In this document: positions 12,290-26,030 of the stretch, piece after piece | Layout of the letters: each line of letters opens with the position of its first letter | Position numbering within the stretch: the stretch's first letter is position 1 | NCBI RefSeq assembly: GCF_018350175.1 | Contig: NC_058369.1 | Coordinates: 18,664,001 to 18,728,000 of the forward strand | DNA length: 64,000 nucleotides | Reading direction: 5' to 3' | Source of the DNA: Felis catus | Lineage: Eukaryota | Translations under genes and position numbers: made by a program | Notes under the pieces: generated by a model | What the model was told of the DNA's origin: nothing | Seen by the model: the letters and a program-made list of their open reading frames with translations, nothing else | Databases searched by the model: none

Positions 12290-13828
12290 TAATTTTTAAA
12301 CTTTTTTTTTTTTGAGATATAATTCACATACTATAAAATTCACCCATTTAAAGTGTATCATTCCCTGGGCTTTATTTTTTTTTTAATTTTTTTAATGTTT
12401 ATTTATTTTTGAGACAGAGAGAGACAGAGCATGAACGAGGGAGGGTCAGAGAGAGAGGGAGACACAGAATCTGAAACAGGGTCCAGGCTCTGAGTTGTCA
12501 GCACAGAGCCCAATGCGGGGCTCGAACTCACGGACTGCGAGACCATGACCTGAGCCGAAGTCAGCCGCTTACCCAACTGAGCCACCCAGGCGCCCCATTC
12601 CCTGGGTTTTAGTACAGAGTTGTGTAATCTACAAAACTACAATCCAAGTTCACAATATTTTCATCACACCAAAAAGAAACCTCAAATCTATTAGCAGCCA
12701 CTCTCATTCTCCACCCCCACCCCACCCCCACCCAGCTTAGGCCATGACTAATCTATTATCTGTCTCTGTCAATTTGCCTGTTGTGAACATTTCATGCAAT
12801 GGAACGGTGTAATATTTTTGTGTGTGTCTGGTTTCTTTCATTTAGCATGTTTTCAAGGCTCATTCACAATGTAGAGTGTATCAGGAAATCATTCCTTTTT
12901 GTTGCCCAGTAATGTTCTATTGTATGGGTGAATGACATTTTATTCTTCAGTTCTTGTACTTTTGGGTTATTTCTACTTTTTGGCTTTAGCTCTTATAAAT
13001 AATTCTACTGTGAATATTTTAGTACAAGTTTTTCTGTAGACATGTTTTAATTTCATTGGGACAGGTTCCTAGGAGTAAAGTTGTTGGGTCATATGGTAAC
13101 TCTGCATTTCACATGAAGAACTGGACTGTTTTCCAAAGCAACTGGATCATTTTACGTTCCAACCAACAATGAACGATGGTTCCATTTTTTTTCCCACATC
13201 CTTGTCAATACTTGTCATTATCTTTCTTTTTTCTTTTAGCCATCCTATTGAGTGTGAAGTGGTATCCACAGTTTTGATTTGCACTTCCCTCATGAGTTGA
13301 CCATATCTTCATGTGCTTATTGTCTATTTCTGGATCTTCTTTAGAGAAACATCTATTCAAATCCTATGCCTATTTTTGTAATCGAGTTGCCTTTTAATTG
13401 TTGAGTTGTGAAAGTTCTTTACCTTTTCTAAATAGTAGACTCTCATCAGATAATTGATTTGCAAATGTCCTCTCCTGTTCTGTGGTTTGTCTTTTTACCT
13501 TGCAAATGATACATTTGCAGTACAAAAGTTTTAAATATTTATACAGTCCAGTTTACCTTTTTTGTTGTTTGTGCTTTTGGTTTCATATCTAAGAAACTAT
13601 TGCCCAACCCAAAGTCACGAAGATTTACTCATGTTTTCCTCTAAGAGTTTCATAGTTTTAACACTTACATTTAGGTCAATGATCCATTTGAGTTAATTTT
13701 TAAGTATGGTGTGAGCTAGGAGTCCAACTTCATTTTTTGCATGTGGATATTCAGTTGTCCCAGCACCATTTATTGAAAAGACTATTTTTTTCTCTATTTT
13801 TTTCTATTGTATTTTCTTGGCATCCTTA
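12290..13828 (-). mobile_element. Old L1 (L1M-type) 3'UTR and ORF2 C-terminal region; CanSINE at ~12371-12597 (-)
   Basis: Reverse L1 motifs: gggtcatatggtaactct, agccatcct, gttgtcccagcaccatttattgaaaagact. Confidence 0.85.
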
Positions 13829-13829
13829 T

Positions 13830-14374
13830 CAATAGGAGAGGAAGAAAGACAGAGGAGCAGTCAGAACACACACACTTATCTGGAGTGCCTGGGTGGCTCA
13901 GTCCATTGAGGATCCTATTCTCAACTTCTGCTCAGGTCATGATCTCACCGCCCCCCACATCCAGTTCTGCACTAACACTGGGGAGCCTGCTTGGGATTCT
14001 CTTTCTCTGCCCCTCCCCCACATGTGCAGTGCACGCGGCAGTCTCTCTCTCTCAAATAAATAAAGTTAAAAAAAAAGAACACACACACTTATCAAGTAAG
14101 TTTGCCATCCTATATGGGCACAGTTTATGGTGTCTCAGAACAATTACAATAGTAACATCAAAGGTCACAGATCACCATAACAAATATAATAATGAAAAGT
14201 TTGAAATAGCGCAAGAGTTACCAAAATGTGACACAGAGGCACAATGTGAGCAAAGGCTGTGCAAAAATTGTGCCAGTAGAATTGGTCAATGCAGGGTTGC
14301 TACAAATCTTCATTTGTTAAAAAAAAAAAAAAAAAGGCAATACCTGTGAAGTACAATGAAATGAGGTATGCCTG
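13830..14374 (+). mobile_element. 3' fragment of a Tigger1 (TcMar) DNA transposon with a CanSINE (13881-14075, +) inserted
   Basis: acaattacaatagtaacatcaaag...ttaccaaaatgtgacacagag...gcagggttgctacaaa...gaggtatgcctg|TA terminal repeat. SINE has a perfect 18-bp TSD agaacacacacacttatc (13863-13880 / 14076-14093). Confidence 0.85.
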
Positions 14375-14376
14375 TA

Positions 14377-16560
14377 TGTAGGAAAGTGTTGTTTAATTTA
14401 CATTTATTTGTGAATTCCCCCCATTTCTTTCTGTTATTGATTTCTAGCTTAATTATGTTGTGTTCAGAGAACAAACTTTGTATGATTTCAGTTCTTTTGG
14501 ATTTATTGAGACTTGTTTTATGGCCTTGCCTATGGTCTAACCTGTAGAATGTTCCATGTGCACTTGAGAAGAATGTACATTCTGCTGTTGTTGGGTGGAG
14601 TGTTTGATAGATGTTTGTTAGATCGAGTTGCTTTATAGTGTTGTTCAAGTCCTGTATTTTCTTGTTGATCCTTTGCCAAGTTGTTCTGTCCATTATTAAT
14701 AAGTATTGGTATTGAAGTCTTCAATTATTGTTGTTGAATTTTCCATTTCTCCCTTTAATTCTGTCAGTTTATGCTTCATGTATTTTGATGCTTCATTGTT
14801 AGGTATATATTTATTTATTTATAATTGTATGTAACTATATATATTATATATTGATAATAGATAATTATAATAATTGTATATACACTTAATCTTTCTAATG
14901 AATTGGCCTTTTTCTCAATCTTTATCTTCAGTAACTTCTTTTTGTTCTAAAGTTTTGTGTGATATTAATATAGCCTCTTATGGTTGCTGTTTGCATGGTA
15001 ATCTTTTAATCTTTTCCCATTAAAAAAAATTCAAACTGGGGCACCTGGGAGGTTCAGTTGGTTAAGCATCTGACTTTGGTTCAGGTCATGATCTCATGGT
15101 TCTTGGGTTTGAGCCCCTGTCAGGCTCTGTGCTAGCAGCTCAAAGCCTGGAGCCTGCTTTGGATTCTGTGTCTCCTTCACTCTCTGTTCTTCCCCTGCTC
15201 TTACTCTGTCTCTCTTGCTCTCAAAAATAAATAAAAGATTTAAAAAATTTTAAACTATTTGTACCTTTGAATCTAAAATGTGTCTCATATATAGGATTTA
15301 GTTGGATTTTTTAATCCAGTCTGAGAATCTCTGTCTTTTGGTTAGATTCTTTAATCAACTTTTATTTAAATAATGTTATTGATATGGTTGGATTTACATC
15401 TGCTAATTTGCTTTTTGTTTTGTTTGTCTCTTGCTTTTTTATTCTTCTCTTTCTCCTTTACGGCCTTCTTTTGTATTAAATGGACACTTTCTCTAGTGTA
15501 ACATTTTAATTCCTGTGATGATTTTGTCTATATTTTAAAATTATTTGCCTAGCAGTCCCTCCAAGGTTACAATATCCAAGCGTCCAACTCTTGATTTTGG
15601 ATCGGGTCATGATCTCACAGTCTGTGGATCAAGCCTCGCGTCAGGCTCTGCACTGACAGCATGGAGCCTGCTTGGAATTCTCTCTCTCCCTCTCTCTCTG
15701 CCTGTCCCCCACTAGCTCTCTCTCTCTCTCAAAATAAATAATAATAAATAAACTTAAAAATAATAAAAAAGGTTACAATATTCTTCTTAGTCTGTCAGAA
15801 TCTACTTCAGATTTATGCTGACTTAATTCCACTGAAATTCAGAAACCTTATTCATATACAGTCCCATTACTTCCTCCCTTTTTCTGTGTGCTGTTATTGT
15901 TACACATATTACATCTATGTGTTACAAACACTGTTATAATCTTAATAATTATTCTATAAAATATTATTAATGTTATATATAACTTAAATAAGATCTTTTA
16001 AAGAAGCTGAGAGAAAAAAGGAGAGCAAGTATATATTTGTGGGGTTTGTTATATAAATTTTCCTATTTACCATTTCTGATTCTCCTCGTTTTTTCCTGTG
16101 GATTCAAGTTACTATCTAATGTCATTTCCTTATTCCATTACAGCTTTGTTCCCACCCACCTGCTTTGTGCTCTTTTTGTCAAACATGCTACATTCCTATA
16201 TGTGATGAGCTCAACAGTACACACACACACACACACACACACACAGACTCACTGAGTTTATCTAATTGCCTTTTAATCAGTTAAGAGAGCAAAAGAAAAG
16301 AAGTATGCAATTATACTTTCTTTTATACTTACCTACATAATTACTTGCACCAGCACTCTTTGTTTTTTTGTGTAGATTCAAATTACTGTGTGGTGTCACT
16401 TGCTGTCTGCCTGAGGAACTTCCTTTATTATTTCTTTCCAGCCCCCAACCCAGCTTTTTTGAAGTATAATTGACCTTTATTATTTCTTGTAAAGCAATTT
16501 GCTATTGACAATTTTTTTGGCTTTTGTTTATCTGAGAATGTCTTTATTTTTACCTCCTTT
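14377..16560 (-). mobile_element. Old L1 ORF2 endonuclease region and upstream sequence; CanSINEs at ~15038-15250 (+) and ~15578-15770 (+)
   Basis: ORF 14310..14693(-) DLNNTIKQLDLTNIYQTLHPTTAECTFFSSAHGTFYRLDH...SEHNIIKLEIN matches the L1 ORF2 APE-like endonuclease. Confidence 0.88.
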
Positions 16561-16580
16561 AAGAATTTATTTTTCCAGAG

Positions 16581-16628
16581 ATTTTTTTAAGTTTATTTAT
16601 TTATTGAGGGAGAGAGAGAGAGGGAGAG

Positions 16629-16672
<44 letters not shown>

Positions 16673-16975
16673 CCCAAGCAGGTTTTGCACTGACAGTGCA
16701 GACAGTTTGACACGGGGCTCAAACTCATGAACTGTGAAATCATGACCTGAGCCGAAGTCAAGAGTCAGACGCTTAACCAACTGAGTCACCTGGGTGCCCC
16801 ACTTTTTCCAGAGATTTTTAAGGTCATTTCTGTTTGTTATCAAAAAGATTGTTGGCTCTGATAAGGTTGAGAACCAAAGACGTAGAGTAATATTATGAAA
16901 TGATGAAATGGCAACACATTTCCTATTCATAATTTTTATTTTTATTTTTTTAAGTTTTATTTATTTTGAGGGGGG

Positions 16976-17029
<54 letters not shown>

Positions 17030-17165
17030 CCCAAGCAGGCTCTGCACTAACATGCACTAACAGTGCAGAGCCAGATGCAGGGCTCATTCCTGTGAACTGT
17101 GAGATGATGACCTGAGCCGAAATATAGAGTTGAATTCCTAACCAACGTAGCCACCCAGGTGTTCC
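16581..17165 (-). mobile_element. Two antisense CanSINEs (~16581-16800, ~16933-17165) with long (GA)n
   Basis: SINE bodies; TSD ttttccagagatttttt for the first. Confidence 0.9.
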
Positions 17166-17224
17166 TGTTCACAGTTTTTAAAAATGGCGAGCCAATGGAG
17201 TAGAATAATTTGAGACCTATTTGA

Positions 17225-17418
17225 CTTTTTTAAAAATTAAGATTATTGTAGATTCACATGCACTGGTAAGAAGTAATACAGAGACCGCCCTTTCACAATT
17301 TCCCTGGTTTCTCCCAGTGGTAACATTTTGCAGAACTACAATATAATATCACAACCAAAATATTGACATTTCTATAATCCACACCAATCCTATTCAGTTT
17401 CCCCTAGGTTTACTTGTA

Positions 17419-17456
<38 letters not shown>

Positions 17457-19556
17457 TATTAAATTGTGTACCATTTTTTTTTTTAATTTTTTTTTCAACG
17501 TTTATTTATTTTTGGGACAGAGAGAGACAGAGCATGAACGGGGGAGGGGCAGAGAGAGAGGGAGACACAGAATCGGAAGCAGGCTCCAGGCTCTGAGCCG
17601 TCAGCCCAGAGCCTGACGCGGGGCTCGAACTCAAGGACCGCGAGATCGTGACCTGGCTGAAGTCGGACGCTTAATCGACTGCGCCACCCAGGCGCCCCAA
17701 GTTGTGTACCATTTTATCACCTGTGTAGATTGAGCCTCATACCACAGTCAAGATCCTGAACAGTTCCAGCTACAAGGTTCTCTAGCATTGTCCCTTTACC
17801 ACTATACCCACCTCCTTCCCACCTCTTTCCTTCACTCCATCACTACTCCCTGTCCACCAATCTGTCCTCATTTACAAAGATTTGACATTTCAAAAATGTT
17901 ACATAAGCAGAATCATACAGTATGTAACCTTTTGGAGTTGGCTTTTTTCACTCAGCATAATTCTTTAGAGATTTACCCAAGTTATCCCTATTCATAGTTC
18001 ATTCCTTTTTATTGCTGAATAGTATTTCGTGGTCTGTGTATACCACAGCTTATGCAAACCATTCACTGTTGAAGGACGTCTGGGCTGACTCCAGTTTTGG
18101 TGTATTACAAATAAAGCTTTTATGAACATTCATGCTCAGGTTTTTATGGGAGCATAAGTCTTCATTTCCGTGGGATAAATGCCCAGGAGTGCAATTGCTG
18201 GGTCATGTTTTGGTTGCATGCTTAATTTTTAAATAAACTGCCAAACTGTTTTTCAGAGTGGCTGCACCACTTACATTTCCACCAACAATGTATGAATGAT
18301 CTAGTTTCTTTGCATCCTCGCCAGCATATGGTATCAGAATTATTTTTTATTTTAGTTATTCTGATATTTATTGCGGTTTTAATTTGCATTTCCCTAGTGG
18401 GTAGTAATGCTGGACATCTTTTCATGTGCTTATTTCCTGTTTGTATATCCCCTTTGGTATATAGTCTATTCAGATCTTTTGCCCATTTTCGTTTTCTTTT
18501 CTTTTTTTAAAATGTTTATTTATTTTTAAGAGCACAAGAGGGGAAGAGGCAGAGAGAGGGGGACAGAGGATCCAAAGCGGGCTCTGTGCTGACAGTGACA
18601 AACCCATTGTGGAGCTCATACTCACCAACTACAGGATCATGACCTGAGCTGAAGTCAGATGCTCAACCAAATAGCCACCCAGGCACCCCTCTTTTGCCTA
18701 CTTTCTGGTTAATTTGTTTTCTTCTGTTGAGTTTTTTTTTTTAACGTTTTATTTATTTTTGAGACAGGGAGAGACAGAGCATGAACAGGTGAAGGTCAGA
18801 GAGAGGGAGACACAGAATCTGAAACAGGCTCCAGGCTCTGAGCTGTCAGCACAGAGCCCGACGCGGGGCTCGAACTCACGGACCGCGAGATCATGACCTG
18901 AGCCAAAGTTGGCCGCTTAACCGACTGAGCCACCCAGACGCCCCTCTAATGTTGAGTTTAAAAAAAAATTTTTTTTCTTTAATGTTTATTTATTCTTGAC
19001 GGGGAGAGATACAGAGTGTGAGTGGGGGAGGGGCAGAGAGACAGGGAGACACAGAATCCAAAACAGGCTTCAGGCTCTGAGCTGTCAGCACAGAGCCCAA
19101 TGTGGGGCTTGAACTCATGAGCTGTGAGATGTCAGATGTCCAACCGACTGAGCCACCCAGGCGCCCCTCTTCTGTTGAGTTTTGAGAGTTCTTTATATAT
19201 TCTGGACTCTAGTCCTTTACTGGTGTATGTGATTTCATATACTTTCTCCCACTCTGTATCTTGTCTTTTTAATTCTCTTCACATGGCCTTTAACAAAGCA
19301 AAACTTTTTATCAGTTTTTCCTATAATGGATCATACTTGTAGTATCAAGTCTGAGAACTCTTTGCCTAGCCTAGATCCTGAAGATTTTCCTGACATATAA
19401 GTCTGTTACCCATTGTGAGTGAATTTTTGTATTCATGGCTTAGGCCAAGGTTCTCCTTCTTTTCCCTTTCTCTCTCTCCCTCTCTCCCTCCCTTCCTTCC
19501 TTCTTCCATCTCTCTCTCTCTCTCTCTTCTTCCTTTCTTTCTTTCTTTCTTTCTTT

Positions 19557-19593
<37 letters not shown>

Positions 19594-20500
19594 TTTCTTG
19601 TCTATGGATGTCTGATTGCTCCAACACCATTTGTGGAAAAAGCTATCCTTCTTCCATTGAGTTTCATGCAACTTTGTAAAAAATCAGTTGAACAAATTTG
19701 TGTGGATCTATTTCTGAATCCTCTATTCTATCCTATTGATTTATGTGTCTATAATTCTACCAATATCATACTCTTGATTACTGTAGCTATATAGTAAGCC
19801 TTAATATTGGGTAGATTAATTCCTTGCACTTCTTTGACAAGTTTATTTTAGCGTTCTAGAGCCAGTGCTTTTCCATATAAATTTTAGAATAAATTTGTGT
19901 ATGTCTATAAAAACCTTCCTGGGATTTTAATAGGAATTGCATTAAATCTATAGGTCAATGTTGAGTCTTCTAGTTCATGAACATACTATGCCTTTCCATT
20001 TATTTAGGTCTTCTTTGACTTCTTTCATCGGCATTTTGTAATCTTTGACATGCAGATCCAATATATATGTGTTTTGACCGTATACCTGAGTATTGAATTT
20101 TCTTTGGAGTGTGTTTATGTGTGGTAATGTGTGTTTAGTTTTGATTTTTTTAGAGTAAGCTCTGTGCCCAACATAAGGCTTGAACTCACGACTCCAAGAT
20201 CAAGAGTCACAGGCTCTACCGATTGAGCCAGCCAGGCATGCTTGCTTTTGATTTCTTCATGTTCATTGTTAGTATATAGAAATATGATTGATTTTTATGT
20301 GTTTATTTTGTATCCAGTCACCTTCCTGAACTCAAGTTCTGTGATTTTTTTTTTTTTGGTAGATTCTTTGAGATTTTCTATATAGACAATCATGTCGTCT
20401 GCAAATATATACAATTTTATTTCTTCCTTTCCAGTTTGTATACCCTTTATTCCTTTGACCTGCCTTATTGCAGCAGCTAGAACTTACAGTTCTGTGTTGC
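17225..20500 (-). mobile_element. Old L1 (L1MC-like) 3' region with inserted CanSINEs (~18485-18689, ~18732-18944, ~18957-19167, ~20140-20240, all -) and (CTTT)n at ~19455-19600
   Basis: ORF2-like peptides MKRCPALLPTREMQIKT...WRGCKETRSFIHCWWKCKWCSHSEKQFG and KKDSFFHKWCWSN. Confidence 0.85.
17478..17698 (-). mobile_element. Young felid SINEC_Fc-type element
   Basis: CpG-rich, near-consensus body; TSD aa(a/g)ttgtgtaccatttt; next to (GT)n at ~17422-17453. Confidence 0.95.
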
Positions 20501-23500
20501 CTATCAGTAGTAGGAGAGGGGCTGGAGGGGAGGATTGGGCTGAGGGATCTCTGGACACCAGGTTATGTGGGGTGGTGAGGGCCAGAGACCAGAGGGTTTG
20601 GAATGGCAGGCAGGGTTTGGACTTGAGCCTAAAGGTGGCGGAGGAACTGTTGAAGGTTGGTGAGGTTTGTTAGGAAAATTCTTTGGCCACTCTATGTGAC
20701 ATGCATGGAGGAGGGGAACCTGGAGTCCTGAGAATTAAGTGGAGTCTGTAGTCACAGCCCAGAGCCCCACCTTGGAGCCAGTGACAGAGATTGTTGAACA
20801 TGGGTCTAAGACAGAAGAATGGCCCACAGGGAATGAGGAAGGAGTAGATGAGGAGCCATCTTCAAGACTGGGTCAAGGCAGGACAAGAAGCCCCAGTCCA
20901 TTTTTCCCTTAGCCCTTGTGATATAGTGATATAGTCATTGACCAATGGCAGACACCAATGCTATACCAGAGAAACCCCTCTGGGCTTCAGACAGAGTGGG
21001 TTCTCCAAGAGGAAAGTAGGTAGTAAGGGCCCTGGGCTCCAGAAAAAGGAAGCCAGAGGGTGGATGGCCTGGAAATATGGCCAGAAAAATTGGAGGAACA
21101 GAGGAGGTAGTCTGCAGTGCAGGTAGCAATTACTAGCTGCCTAAATATCCACATGAGACCTTCTTCCTAAAGGTTGTGCAGAAGTTCAGGAAGTCCTTAC
21201 TTGCACTCATAGGCATGAAGTCTCCAATGGGCTCAACTCTGCTTTTCTTTCCAAGTCCTCATGAAATGTGTGAGTGACCAGAATCCCAGAAAGATCTTTA
21301 ATAAGAGCAAGGTTTCTTGGAGGTTGGTCTTCTGTAACACCTCTTCCAGTGCTACCTTGTGACTTTGTGTCTTGGCTAAGAAGCTTAAGGATGAAGCCAA
21401 GTTTAGAGCTGGCAAACAGAGCCCAAGGGTCTGGTGGTAGTGCCTGGAGCAGATTCCCCTTGATATCATTTTCCTCTCTGAAGTCCCTTCGTGGTGTCTC
21501 CTTCTGAGGGAAAGCTGAATCTCAATCTAACCTGGTTTATGTCTAGTCTCGGGATGATACCAGAACAGTTTTTCAAGTTTTTTTTTTTTTAATGTATCAC
21601 TAGTGCGGTTTTCTTCTAAAGAATTTATTCTTTTATTTTTTAATAGGAGGTAGTTATTAGATTTCTGAAAACTGTGGGATTTGTTTAAATGAGTCACAGC
21701 ATTTGGCTGAAATAGAGAGGACTCCATCTGTTGCCTTTGCGTGGTCTCCAGTTCTGTTCTGTGTGACTGAGCTATAAGGGAAGCAGGAGAACGTGGTGTT
21801 CCGTGAGCTCACCACGACTGGCCCTGCCTATCAGACACAAGCCTGACCAAGTAAAGATATGGGGAAGTGGACCCTGTTTCCTGAGAGCTTTTCAACTTGA
21901 GATCCCAGCAATTAGCACTGTGTTTGGGTGAGAGGGGGTAGGGGCCAGCAGCCAAAGGACCCTTGTCCACTGACCTCTGTCAGCTCTTACGTTAGAGTGC
22001 CCTTGAGTTTATTCTCAGATGTCAGAAAGGGGAGCATCCACTGCAGGGATGGTTTCCTCAGAGCTTCCTGGCCTGCTGAGCCCTGATGCTCTCCTCCGTG
22101 TCCCTGGTGAGAGAGCAAGACAACTCATTCTGACTGAATTGGCTCTCTGAGGACAGGTGGCAATGCTTCAGGTCTGGAGGGGTTATGGGAGCATGAAACT
22201 ATATGGGGGAAGGGGCACAATTTGAGGAAAGAGACCTAGGTACCATGGCTTAGCTTTATGCCGGTGATTTCCTCTCTTTAAATCTTGGCTCCCTCACCTG
22301 AGCCTCCTCTGCAGAGCTCTTGGGAGGGTAACTGAAACGATGAATGTGAAGGGTCTGTCACGTGCTAGAAATGACCAGTTTTCTTGCCCCTCCCCCACCC
22401 TGGTCCACCTTGCTCTCTTCTGTGCACTGTCCTCTTTCATCAGTGACAGATCGTTCTGGTGTGCAGAGTGAAAGAAGAGGTGTGCTGTGAGTCAGGGGCA
22501 CAGCACAGAAGATGCTGACATCCCACGCAGCTCCCTGCAGAGGGGCGGTAGCGCTGCGGGTGGAGGAGCCTCGTGCTCAATCAGCAGATTGGCCTGACCC
22601 ACTTGGCCGCTCACGTACTTGCCTCTCACTGGGCAGCTGGGGCCTGGCCTTCCACACCTATAGGAGGGGCTGTGCCCATCAAGTCACGCCCCCTCCACTG
22701 CTGACTCCTCCAGGACGACCAGTCGGGGACTCTGGAGGGGCAGGGGCGCTGCTCTGCAGCTTTCCTGTTCTGCTCCGGTCCCCAAGACATTGTTCTCTGA
22801 GCTGTCACAGAAAGTGCTCTTGCCTCCATGACTCACTCTCTCTACCTCTAGGTAGTGTGCTGCCTGGCCAGTGTGGGGCCTCAGTGGACTCCTCCTCCTG
22901 TGGGGCCAGTTGAAGAGGCTGTGTGGCCCTGGGAGCAGATGCCACCAGCTTTGCCTGTTTCCTCCTTCAGTTTCCGTACTACACGGGGTGTACCACGGGA
23001 GTTGCCTGTTGAGGTTGCCACTCTAGGCGACACGGGCCTGTCAGATTACACCATGATTACTGACTTAGCAAGTGACCAGAGCCTTGTCCAAGGGGACCCC
23101 TGTGTGTGAGTAGTGCTGAGTGGCCTGCTGCATTGCTGGAGATGGCCCAGAAGCTATTCCCTGCAATGATGCCAGTAGCTCTGAAGGTCCAAGGAAACAG
23201 ATTTCCTGGTGACCATTCTTTTAGCAGGTCTTTGGTGAGCCGTGGCTGCTGTCACTCTGTGCCTAAGCTCAAGAACCAGCTCAGCCCAAATAGGCGATTG
23301 GCTGACCTTGCCGGCTCCCAGCTAGCGTAGAATCCCCCACACCCAGACAGCGCTGTATTTTGGGTTGGGTCTTTCCCTTTCCTGGTATATCCATGAAGCA
23401 GCTTTTCCTTCCCAGCAACCAGCACCGGCTTGCTTTGACCCTGTGAGTTGGTTTGAATCACTGGCCTCCGAGTAGGCCTATACTGGCCTTCCTGGATCCT

Positions 23501-24219
23501 CTAGCTTCCTTCATTAGGAATTAGGGAATTCCTTCCTTCAGTAAGAATTAGGCTTAACAATTCTGCCCCTGACTTTGTTTCCCTGACGATGATCCTAGGG
23601 ATCATCCTATGGCAGTCTGCAGACACCTTCCTTTCCACAACAGTGGAGAATTCCGTTATTGTGGCTGGAGCACAGTTTTATTCAACTAATGCACACCAAA
23701 GACATTGTGGTTGTTTCCTGAGTTTTACCCTTACAAATAGTTCTGCCATGTGTGCATGTGTCGTTTGTATTTTTGTACCTGGACCTTATAAGCTTGGGTC
23801 CATGTTCAGTTTGTGTCACAACTTCCAGAGAGGAAGCATGATATTTTTTTTAGCATTTAGGATCTTCGAGCCACTGTGCTACAGATAATTAAAAGACCAA
23901 TAAGTGAAGTTCATTTAGAAGGGAAACAAATTGGAAGTGATTTAACTTGGGGGAAAAGGCTAGGTAAATACTCATCGGGTGCGGTGGAAGCGTCCAGGGT
24001 AACTAGAAGGCCCGACAGATGGTGGGAGGAGAGCAGGACTGTGAAGACTTCTGGCATTTCTCAGTGTTGGGTCAGGGAGGGAACAGGCACCCACAGGTTC
24101 CGTGGTGGGTTAGCTGGGACCTGCCTCACTGCGGACAATGTGGCCAGAGGTGGCTCTCTGCAGCCCAGTAGAGGTGATCTCTGATTTTCCTCAGGGAGTC
24201 TTTTTTCCCCTCCCCCATC

Positions 24220-26030
24220 TCTTTCTTTGTTGTAGTGAAATTCCAATAACATAAAATTAACTATTTTTTTTAATGTTTATTTATATTTTGAGAGGGAGAC
24301 AGACAGACAGAGTGCTAGTGGGGTAGAGGCAGAGAGAGAGGGAGACACAGAATGCGAAGCAGGCTCCAGGCTCCGAGCTGTCAGCACAGAGCCTGACGTG
24401 GGGCTTGAACCCATGAACCGTGAGATCATGACCTGAGCCAAAGACAGACACTTAACCAACTGAGCTACCCAGGTGCCCCTAAAATTAACTATTTAAATTT
24501 TTTTTAACGTTTATTTATTTTTGAGACAGAGAGAGACAGAGCATGAACGAGGGAGGGTCAGAAAGAGAGAGGGAGACACAGAATCCGAAAGAGGCTCCAG
24601 GCTCTGAGCTGTCAGCACAGAGCCCGACGTGGGGCTTGAACTCACGGACCGCGAGATCATGACCTGAGCCGAAGTCGGCCGCTTAACCGACTGAGCCACC
24701 CAGGCGCCCCTAAAATGAACTATTTTAAAGTGTACCACTCAGTGGCATTTAGTACATTCACAATGTTGTGCAACCACCACTTCTACCTAGTTCTCGAATA
24801 CATTCATCACCCCATACCCATTAAGCAGCTGCTCCCCATCTCTTCTGGCCGTCAGCTCCAGGCAACCACTAGTCTGCTTTCTGTCTCTACCAATTTACTT
24901 CTTCTGGATATTTCATATAAATGAAATCATAAAATATGTGTCCTTTTGTGTCTGGCCTCTTTCTCTTAGCATAATGTTTTCAAGGCTCATCCACATTGTA
25001 GCATTGTAGTATTTCATTCCTTTTGTTTTGTTTATTGAGGTAAACTATACATCACATAAAATTTACCACTTTCACGGGCTCCTGGGTGGCTCGGTACATG
25101 TGGCATGTACACACAATGGAATATCATTCAGCCTTCAAAAGAAATGCAATTCTGAGGCTCTTGGGTGACTCAGTTGGTTAAGCATCTGACTTCGGCTCAG
25201 GTCATGATCTCAGAGTTCGTTGAGTTCGAGCCCCGCGTTGGGCTCTGTGCTGACAGCTTGGAGCCTGGAGCCTGCTTCGGATTCTGTGTGTGTGTATCTC
25301 TCTCTCTCTCTGCCCCTCCTCTTCTAGCACTCTGTCTCTCTCTTTCTCAAAAATAAATAAGCCTTAAATTTTTTTTACCATTTTCATCATTAGTAAGTGT
25401 ACAATTCGTCAGCATGAAGTGCATTCAGTGTTGTGTAACCACCACCACCATCCGTCTCCACAACTCTTTCCTCTTCTGAAACAGAAACTGTGCCCATTAA
25501 ACTAGTTCCCCAGACCCCTCCCCACCCCCTGATAACCACTGTTCTTCTTTCTGTCTCTGTGAATCTGATTATCCTAGATACCTCATATCAGGGCAGTCAT
25601 ATAATATTTGTCCTTTTATATCTGACATCTTAGTTAGCATAATGTTCTCAAGGTTCATCCAGTGGTAGCATGTGGTCAGAATTGCATTTCTTTTTTTTTT
25701 TTTTTTAATGTTTATTTATTCTTAGAGAGAGAGTGAGCAGGGAGGGGCAGAGAGAGAGAGAGGGAGACAGAGTCCAAAGCAGGCTCCAGGCTCTGAGCTG
25801 TCAGCACAGAGTTCCATGTGGGGCCCTGAACCCGCAAACCGGGAGATCATGACCTGAGTGGAAGTCAGACGCTTAACCAACTGAGTCACCCAAGAGCCTC
25901 AGAATTGCATTTCTTTTGAAGGCTGAATGATATTCCATTCTGTGTACATGCCACATTTTGTTTTGTCATCTGTTGACATTTCATCTGTTGGACATTTGGG
26001 TTCCTTCCACCTTTTGGCTATTGTGAATAG
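24220..26030 (-). mobile_element. Stacked old L1 3'-end fragments with CanSINEs at ~24263-24479 (-), ~24492-24710 (-), 25076-25372 (+) and ~25695-25900 (-)
   Basis: Repeated reverse L1 3'UTR motifs (agtacattcacaatgttgtgcaaccacc; ttagcataatgttttcaagg) and SINE bodies with TSDs. Confidence 0.85.
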
